Shown: positions 57,796 through 64,000 of the stretch, one piece after another
Numbering within the stretch: position 1 is the first letter of the stretch
Layout of the letters: each line of letters opens with the position of its first letter
From: a virus
DNA length: 64,000 nt
Strand: one strand, 5' to 3'
IMG/VR virus record: IMGVR_UViG_3300038760_000073
Coordinates: 12,846 to 76,845 of that record
The notes under the pieces: model-generated
The model's input: the letters and a program-made list of their open reading frames with translations, nothing else
Told to the model about the DNA's origin: nothing
Database searches by the model: none
Position numbers and translations under genes: made by a program

Positions 57796-58329
57796 ATGAA
57801 CCAAGAAGATAAAAATGCCGTTCTACAATTTATGGGTCAAGTGTATGGTGAATCCAAAAAAAATGATGGTATGTTGATTAATCAGTCAACAAATCTCAAA
57901 CCTAAATCTGATGAACTTAAACAAGTATTCGAAAAAACACTTCAAACTAATATACAGCAGCGCCCTCAACATATTTCGCCGGCTCCACATGTGGGGCCGG
58001 CGGTAATGGCGCCATCTGACGCGCCAGCATATGCTAGCACTCCCACTCTAGTAACACCAGAACAAGCCGCAGCTGCACTAGCAGAGACAGTAGTATCGGC
58101 TCCGCTTCATCCATTACCGGTGGTGCATGAACAGGACCACGACACCTCGAATCAAGAACAGCTAGAGTTTGATCTTACCGAGCCTAGTAAAATAGATAAG
58201 CTGCTGGATTTAATTAAGGATCAGACTAGAATCATATCAACAATTAATAAAAATATTGAATTAATTGCTAAGAGTATGAATACAACATCTAAACCCTCAA
58301 CAACTAAACATGCTAAAGGTAACAAATAG
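57796..58329 (+). CDS. Hypothetical protein with Pro/Ala linker
   Basis: In operon; contains QLEFDL, a possible clamp-binding-like motif. Confidence 0.6.
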   Translation: MNQEDKNAVLQFMGQVYGESKKNDGMLINQSTNLKPKSDELKQVFEKTLQTNIQQRPQHISPAPHVGPAVMAPSDAPAYASTPTLVTPEQAAAALAETVVSAPLHPLPVVHEQDHDTSNQEQLEFDLTEPSKIDKLLDLIKDQTRIISTINKNIELIAKSMNTTSKPSTTKHAKGNK

Positions 58330-59023
58330 GCTGCAATTTTTACAGTACTTAGATTCTGTCGCAAAAATTAATGATAGTGCTATTTTTGAAATTAATCCTG
58401 AGGGTATTAGCTGTTTAGTAGCATCTATTGATAATACGTTAATCTTATATACAGAGTATAAAGAGCCACAAGATATAACTACAACTATTAATGTACCTGA
58501 TATTAAAAAACTACATAGAGTTATTGATACAATTGATGGCAATAGCTTTAATTTAGTTATTAGTAATAATAACCTACAATATAAAGGTGTAAATGTTAAG
58601 TTTAAATACCATTTATTTGAAGATGGGTTTTTAGCTAAACCAGGTCTCAACTTACAAAAGATTAAGGATTTTAGCTATGATATTAAATTCAATGTAACTA
58701 AGTCACTATTACAACAGTTGTTTAAAGGCAGTACTTTTGCATCTGAAACTAATAAAGTCTATTTTTACACTGAAGATGGTAAGTTAAAGGCAGAGTTAAC
58801 TGATCGATCTAGACATAATACTGATGTGTTTGCTATAACTATTATAGATGGTGTAGATTTTAAGCTAGAACCACTACCAATTAACTTCGATAATATCAGA
58901 CTACTAACATCTGTTACAAATGAATACCAATTTAACATTAATACTGAGTATGGTGTTGTTGTTGTTGAAAATTGTAGCGATACCACTAAACTAAAATATA
59001 TTATCTCATCTTTAACACAATGA
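58310..59023 (+). CDS. gp45: Sliding clamp (gp45/PCNA-like)
   Basis: 237 aa; two-domain clamp-like pattern (IND.AIF, INVPDIKKL, KFKY, KYII); replication context. Confidence 0.65.
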   Translation: MLKVTNRLQFLQYLDSVAKINDSAIFEINPEGISCLVASIDNTLILYTEYKEPQDITTTINVPDIKKLHRVIDTIDGNSFNLVISNNNLQYKGVNVKFKYHLFEDGFLAKPGLNLQKIKDFSYDIKFNVTKSLLQQLFKGSTFASETNKVYFYTEDGKLKAELTDRSRHNTDVFAITIIDGVDFKLEPLPINFDNIRLLTSVTNEYQFNINTEYGVVVVENCSDTTKLKYIISSLTQ

Positions 59024-59346
59024 TTAATAGACATGGAAAAAATAAGCTCAAGACTGCAGGATATTTTATTAAAAGGCTTCGAGATAGTGGGTTCGAGACA
59101 ATCCGAATTTTTAATGGTTATAATGATAGCGATCCACGTAAGTGGACTATATTAATTGACCCAAAAAATACAGCTGTTTTTGTAACATGCTTCGAAAATA
59201 CACCTTTTAAGGGTGAATACTTATTTACCTTTGAAGATGGTAATCAGAGATTTCGTTCAGGTTATAGTCTTAAAACAGATTCAATTGAAGTTGTAGTTAA
59301 TAAATTGCTTACTTGTGGTGTAGATCAACTAAAACAACCTAAATAG
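59020..59346 (+). CDS. Hypothetical protein
   Basis: ATGA-coupled. Confidence 0.65.
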   Translation: MINRHGKNKLKTAGYFIKRLRDSGFETIRIFNGYNDSDPRKWTILIDPKNTAVFVTCFENTPFKGEYLFTFEDGNQRFRSGYSLKTDSIEVVVNKLLTCGVDQLKQPK

Positions 59347-59351
59347 TATTA

Positions 59352-59690
59352 ATGAATGATATTGATGACCATGGTAATGATTATGCCGCTGGGGATAATG
59401 ACGAACTAAAAAATCTCATTGAAGCGGCTCTATCTGACGCGATTAGTAGCAGTTCGAAAAAAGAATATGCGGATTATAATAAGTTAGTAGGTGTGGTTAA
59501 ATCAATTGTAGCTGAATATCTGGACAGCTTTATAGTTATAGGTTATGATTTTGATGGTAAGGTAGTTGAACTTCAATCAGCTAGCAATTCACAGCAAAAG
59601 GATGCATTACGTACACTATGTTTGAAGTATCTTTGCTTTAAAACTGGTTATGCTATACCAGGTGTTTATGAGAACGAAGGCGATCTGTAA
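59352..59690 (+). CDS. Hypothetical protein
   Basis: TAAATA-N6-ATG. Confidence 0.6.
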   Translation: MNDIDDHGNDYAAGDNDELKNLIEAALSDAISSSSKKEYADYNKLVGVVKSIVAEYLDSFIVIGYDFDGKVVELQSASNSQQKDALRTLCLKYLCFKTGYAIPGVYENEGDL

Positions 59691-59940
59691 AATTCGTGAA
59701 GCATATGCGATTGAGACCGGGGATTACGCCGGTCAGGTATTTGTTGTTATAGACATAGGTGAAACCGTAGGCTGTTTAAGCTTACCTAGCATGGATAATG
59801 TTCATATACCTAAAAAATCGTTTATTTCCGGAAGGAACACCGGTATAATAACATTAATAGAGAGAATACCTAGGTCAACCTTTAAAGTCTCTAAAGCACA
59901 ATATATTAAAAATGAAAACCTTAATCATAGACGGAAATAA
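59650..59940 (+). CDS. Hypothetical protein
   Basis: ORF in operon; the true start may be the second Met. Confidence 0.5.
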   Translation: MLYQVFMRTKAICKIREAYAIETGDYAGQVFVVIDIGETVGCLSLPSMDNVHIPKKSFISGRNTGIITLIERIPRSTFKVSKAQYIKNENLNHRRK

Positions 59941-60769
59941 TTTGGTTCATAGATGCTGGTGGACGGCAAAGAAGGTTGCTGGTGAAGATACCGGTCAATT
60001 AGATAATTTTCATATACACTTTACATTAAACGCAATTTTTTCTTATGTTAACAGATATAAGCCGACACAGACAATTATTGTGTGGGATGAAAAGCAGGGT
60101 AAAACACAAAACACTCGTAAAGTTTCATTTCCTGACTATAAAGGGAATCGGTCAGCTGACCCAGCACCTCATAAAAATAATAAGACTGTCACAAGGTTGT
60201 TAAACAGTGTAAGTATACCATCAATATACCCCTACGAGCGTGAAGCAGATGATATTGTTGCGTATATATGTAAAACGTACACAGGCTCTAAGGTTGTTGT
60301 TTCTGTTGATAGGGACTTTTTACAATTGGTTAATAATGATACAATATTGTTTGACCCTATTAGGAAACGGGAGTTTATTATTAACACATTTAAAGCAGAT
60401 ACCGGTTGGTGCAAAGAAGAGTGGTTAAAAGCTAAATGCTGTGAAGGTGATAAGTCAGATAATGTACCTGGTATCCATAGATTTGGTAAAGTTAAAATTA
60501 GAAAATGGTTGGATGGTGATTTACAACTAACAGAAGAGCAGCAGCAAATTATTGATAGAAATTTAACCTTGTTTAGCCTTGATGCTGTTATGCAGTGCGA
60601 AAGTGAATGTACCTATTATCAAGAGCAGTTAGATATACCTGTTGTATCTACGTGGGATAAATTTATTGCAGAGTGTGAGGAACGAGATCTAAAAAATATA
60701 TTGAAAAAGCGGGATGAGTGGTATAATTTGTTTGTTATGGGAAACAAATTAACTCAGTTATTGGGATGA
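59912..60769 (+). CDS. rnh: 5'-3' exonuclease/T4 RNase H-like flap endonuclease
   Basis: IIDGNNL, YKGNR, EADD, S.DRDFLQL, GDKSDNVPGI. Confidence 0.9.
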   Translation: MKTLIIDGNNLVHRCWWTAKKVAGEDTGQLDNFHIHFTLNAIFSYVNRYKPTQTIIVWDEKQGKTQNTRKVSFPDYKGNRSADPAPHKNNKTVTRLLNSVSIPSIYPYEREADDIVAYICKTYTGSKVVVSVDRDFLQLVNNDTILFDPIRKREFIINTFKADTGWCKEEWLKAKCCEGDKSDNVPGIHRFGKVKIRKWLDGDLQLTEEQQQIIDRNLTLFSLDAVMQCESECTYYQEQLDIPVVSTWDKFIAECEERDLKNILKKRDEWYNLFVMGNKLTQLLG

Positions 60770-61824
60770 TGCTACCAGAGGAGTTTGTAATTGTAAAGTT
60801 TTATGAACTTGGTTATAGACCGTTTTATAATAAATTTACAAACGTATATCAATGTGCGTGTCCTATTTGCAAAGAGGGTAAATCATTTAAGACAAAGCGC
60901 CGGTGTTACTATGTGCCTAAGAACGATAACATTTATTGTCACAACTGCGGCTATAGCTCTAAACCCTTAAAGTGGATAACAGAAGCATCCGGGGATACAG
61001 ATGCAGATGTTATACGAGAACTTAGAGACTACATACCCTCGGCAGACGTGTTAGCTGAGGGTGTAACAACGGCTCCCACAGTTGTTACAGATACCCTACC
61101 TGAAGATAGTATTAACCTATCTGATAGCACGCAGGTGGAATATTACAAATCAAACGATGTTATACGCGCAACTAAACATCTTATAAAGCTTAGGCGTTTA
61201 GATACAGCTGTTAATAGGCCGACTAACTTATATGTATCATTAACAGATAAGGTTCATAAAAATCGGTTAGTGCTACCGTTTTTAAATGAAACAAATAATA
61301 TTGAATTTTACCAGACTAGAACAGTCTTACCACGTGATAACAAAGTGAAGCCTAAGTATCTAGGTAGGGTGGGTGCTGAGAAAACCTTATTTAATATTAA
61401 TAAAATTGATCAGACTAGTGATAGGGTTTATATTTTTGAGGGTCCTATTAATGCGTTTTTTACTAAAAACTCTGTAGCTGTTGCAGGTATTACAGAGCGC
61501 GGCAGATCATTTACAACTAGACAGCAACAACAACTAGATACAACTCTTAAATTATTTAAGAGAGTATGGATTTTAGACTCTCAATGGATAGATCAAGCGT
61601 CTCTTATTAAAACAGAAGCGCTACTACAGCAAGGTGAGAGTGTATTTGTTTGGCCGGAGAGGTTTGGTAAAAAGTTCAAGGACTATAACGATATTGCAAT
61701 GTTTTATGGTATAGATGAAATTAAGGAGCATTTCATCCAAAAACACACCTATAGTGGTCTAGAGGGAATTGTTAAGCTGTCTGTAATTAAACGATATAGT
61801 TCAGATCAATCAACTAGTCGTTAA
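60766..61824 (+). CDS. gp61: DNA primase
   Basis: CPIC...CHNCG Zn finger, RLVLPF, YQTR, KY, FEGP, KDYND. Confidence 0.88.
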   Translation: MMLPEEFVIVKFYELGYRPFYNKFTNVYQCACPICKEGKSFKTKRRCYYVPKNDNIYCHNCGYSSKPLKWITEASGDTDADVIRELRDYIPSADVLAEGVTTAPTVVTDTLPEDSINLSDSTQVEYYKSNDVIRATKHLIKLRRLDTAVNRPTNLYVSLTDKVHKNRLVLPFLNETNNIEFYQTRTVLPRDNKVKPKYLGRVGAEKTLFNINKIDQTSDRVYIFEGPINAFFTKNSVAVAGITERGRSFTTRQQQQLDTTLKLFKRVWILDSQWIDQASLIKTEALLQQGESVFVWPERFGKKFKDYNDIAMFYGIDEIKEHFIQKHTYSGLEGIVKLSVIKRYSSDQSTSR

Positions 61825-61838
61825 GTCTACTTTTTGGG

Positions 61839-62276
61839 TTATACGTGGCGGAACGCTGGATTGTCAGTCTGTGATATATAACCTCTAAAAGATTCAGTTA
61901 ACCCAGCTAGTTCTGTTGCGACACGTGTAATTTTACGTTGTTCAGATGCCTTCATGCGATCGAAAATTGTGTCTGGCTCAGATGCCGCAAGTGTAGCTTG
62001 AATAGAGTTCTGCTCTCCATTAAGTCTCTGTAAAAAACTATCCATTTCAGATACCCAACCTTCAAGCTGGGTTCTCATCTCGGCAGCATGCTGGGCATGC
62101 GCTCTAGATGCTTCTACGGCTGCATTATCACCACCAGTTTCAGGCATATCTGTATCTATATTAAAATCCTCCGAGTTTGTCTCATCATCCAAGGTATCTA
62201 CAAATGCATCCTTTTCTAGATCATCTAAACTAGCTTCATCTAGAAGTTTGAAGAACCTTTTTTCGAACTTATTCAT
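61839..62276 (-). CDS. Late acidic hypothetical protein
   Basis: TAAATA-N5-ATG; MNKFEKRFFKLLDEA. Confidence 0.65.
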   Translation of the reverse strand: MNKFEKRFFKLLDEASLDDLEKDAFVDTLDDETNSEDFNIDTDMPETGGDNAAVEASRAHAQHAAEMRTQLEGWVSEMDSFLQRLNGEQNSIQATLAASEPDTIFDRMKASEQRKITRVATELAGLTESFRGYISQTDNPAFRHV

Positions 62277-62310
62277 ACAATTATTTATGCCAAGCATAAA
62301 TATTTTAAGG
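62277..62310. promoter_or_regulatory. Back-to-back late promoters forming an inverted repeat
   Basis: tatttatgc-caa-gcataaata. Confidence 0.7.
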
Positions 62311-62637
62311 ATGAATATCAATAATTCTCCATATAGTACAGGTATTGCAAATAAACCTGTTAGCAGCCAATTAGATATAGACAGCCAAATCGCAAAATAT
62401 AAAGAAGATGAATTAACTCAGAAAGCGCCTCCTATTTTACCTCATGAGTTGGATAATATTATTGCTGCTCTGGGAGACACATTTATTTCACTAACTCAAT
62501 TAAGTCAGATGTTAGCGGCTGCAGCACAAAATGATGAGATTGATAAGCTAGGCATTAATAAGATTATTGATAAAGTTGATAATGCTAACCAAATTGTGCT
62601 TGCAATCTCAGAAGATTTGGATATACTAAAGGTATGA
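62311..62637 (+). CDS. Late hypothetical protein
   Basis: TAAATA-N8-ATG. Confidence 0.6.
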   Translation: MNINNSPYSTGIANKPVSSQLDIDSQIAKYKEDELTQKAPPILPHELDNIIAALGDTFISLTQLSQMLAAAAQNDEIDKLGINKIIDKVDNANQIVLAISEDLDILKV

Positions 62638-63071
62638 TAAACATACTAGTGTCTTTATTTATAACATCAATAATCTCTACCCTTTTTGGTTTTGGTTTCA
62701 GTAGTATTGTTGGTTTTTGGCAAGCCTTTGCTATTGCTGCCGGTCTCCAAATAATTATTGCTCTTATATATAAATCATTTCGAATTGAGCAACAGAGTAG
62801 TAGTTCTAATGATGTAGAGCAACAGTTTAATGACCTATTATCATTAAGCACTATTAGTTTTACATGTCCGTGTAGTAAATATACATTTACTGAGGAGGTA
62901 TTTGCTGGTACAGTAAATATATTTAAATGTCCTGAGTGTAATAGTAATGTTAAAGTTAATCTAAACGCTTCAACTGTACTACAAACTAATGTTTTAAACA
63001 CCGATATTACAAATGATGTTCAGGCAGTGTTGGAGTCAAATGTAGATAGTGAGTCTGTGAAGGAAATCTAA
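62634..63071 (+). CDS. Membrane protein (2 TM) with Zn-ribbon
   Basis: Two hydrophobic helices; CPC...CPEC. Confidence 0.65.
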   Translation: MINILVSLFITSIISTLFGFGFSSIVGFWQAFAIAAGLQIIIALIYKSFRIEQQSSSSNDVEQQFNDLLSLSTISFTCPCSKYTFTEEVFAGTVNIFKCPECNSNVKVNLNASTVLQTNVLNTDITNDVQAVLESNVDSESVKEI

Positions 63072-63087
63072 TATAATTATATTAGAT

Positions 63088-63330
63088 ATGAAAACATTTA
63101 CATTTGAACTAAAGGATGGTAAAACTAAAGTAATGGAATTTGATGAATTTGTGAGGTGGGCCTGTTTGATTGAAGGTATTCAAAAAGTTGATGAAAAATT
63201 ACAACAGGTGAACGTTCCTGACTCAGATAATAGCTGGGTTAAACCACTAGCATTCGAAAAATATATTAGGGAGAGATTTCCCGCAATGAAGCATGATCTA
63301 ACTGTGGAAGCAACCTTAGGTACCATATAA
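63088..63330 (+). CDS. Hypothetical protein
   Basis: WVKPLAFEKYI.ER. Confidence 0.6.
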   Translation: MKTFTFELKDGKTKVMEFDEFVRWACLIEGIQKVDEKLQQVNVPDSDNSWVKPLAFEKYIRERFPAMKHDLTVEATLGTI

Positions 63331-63377
63331 TATATTATGTAATATACAATGCTAGCTGCTCGATAGTCAATATTTAC

Positions 63378-63417
63378 CAAAAAAAGGTATACCGGTTAAC
63401 CGGTATACCTTTTTTTG
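63378..63417. terminator. Bidirectional terminator; perfect 40-bp palindrome
   Basis: caaaaaaaggtataccggtt|aaccggtatacctttttttg, between convergent genes. Confidence 0.85.
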
Positions 63418-63418
63418 T

Positions 63419-64000
63419 TTAACTACTAGAAGGTGTTGGTGTTATTGAAGGTGTTGGTGTTATTGAAGGAGTAGGTGTTATTGATGGTGTAGCAGTAACT
63501 GACGGGGTAGGTGTTATTGAAGGTGTTGGTGTTATTGAAGGTGTTGGTGTTATTGAAGGAGTAGGTGTTATTGAAGGAGTAGGTGTTATTGAAGGTGTTG
63601 GTGTTATTGATGGTGTAGCAGTAACTGACGGGGTAGGTGTTATTGAAGGTGTTGGTGTTATTGAAGGTGTTGGTGTTATTGAAGGTGTAGGTGTTATTGA
63701 CGGGGTAGCAGTAACAGATGGTGTTGGTGTTATTGACGGAGTAGCAGTAACAGATGGTGTTGGTGTTATTGACGGAGTAGCAGTAACTGAAGGTGTAGGT
63801 GTTATTGAAGGTGTTGGTGTTATTGATGGTGTTGGTGTTATTGATGGTGTAGGTGTTATTGATGGTGTTGGTGTTATTGACGGAGTAACTGTAACTGATG
63901 GTGTTATAGATGGTGTGGGTGTTATAGATGGTGTTGGTGTTATTGACGGAGTAACTGTAACTGATGGTGTTATAGATGGTGTGGGTGTTATAGATGGTGT
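63419..64000 (-). CDS. C-terminal mucin-like Pro/Thr/Ser tail of a protein starting beyond the window
   Basis: 193 open codons, [20 protein letters not shown]...ITPTPSSS*; variation is mostly at synonymous third positions. Confidence 0.85.
   Translation of the reverse strand, partial: TPSITPTPSITPSVTVTPSITPTPSITPTPSITPSVTVTPSITPTPSITPTPSITPTPSITPTPSITPTPSVTATPSITPTPSVTATPSITPTPSVTATPSITPTPSITPTPSITPTPSITPTPSVTATPSITPTPSITPTPSITPTPSITPTPSITPTPSITPTPSVTATPSITPTPSITPTPSITPTPSSS
63428..64000 (-). repeat. Degenerate 18-bp tandem repeat encoding [12 protein letters not shown] (about 30 units)
   Basis: gaaggtgttggtgttatt and variants. Confidence 0.95.

Noticed and set aside
1290-63380. Many short antisense or nested ORFs in the track (e.g. 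4116-4553, 23766-24299, 47169-47522, 62585-63001)
   Set aside because: They are shadows of well-supported genes on the other strand or frame, with no motifs or promoters.
63428-64000. Plus-strand (EGVGVI)n reading of the terminal repeat, or a CRISPR array
   Set aside because: Variation is synonymous for the minus-strand T/P/S reading, which ends in a stop plus terminator. There are no unique spacers.
1-64000. Bacterial LPS locus, prophage, or a specific host assignment
   Set aside because: The glycan genes are interleaved with T4-core genes and phage late motifs, and there is no integrase or host housekeeping gene. Nothing here identifies the host.

Overview
This is 64 kb of an AT-rich, large T4-like myophage genome; no host genes or prophage junctions are visible. 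It carries: (1) T4-core genes: portal gp20 (partial), gp15-like, gp62-like, UvsY, UvsW, gp55, gp47/46, gp43, UvsX, gp41, gp32, gp45, RNase H and gp61, plus GroES, Hsp20, PhoH, a DinG helicase and tRNA-Asn(GTT). (2) A dispersed 7-deazaguanine pathway (folE, queD, queE, queC) with a stand-alone class II glutamine amidotransferase and a DUF366-like protein, but no visible dpdA/tgt. (3) Two glycan islands (about 5.5-14.3 kb and 37.3-45.8 kb) that include tandem GT60-like polypeptide GlcNAc transferases, GT10-like transferases and methyltransferases, with a mucin-like (ITPTPS)n protein tail at the right edge, together suggesting phage-encoded O-glycosylation of a virion protein. (4) A late operon (21.5-26.9 kb) whose proteins begin with T4 internal-protein-like capsid-targeting sequences, including ligase-like, nucleotidyltransferase, protease and nuclease folds. 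(5) A pervasive leaderless layout in which promoter-like motifs sit 5-8 nt before the start codon. All family assignments come from motif recognition by eye; no database searches were run.
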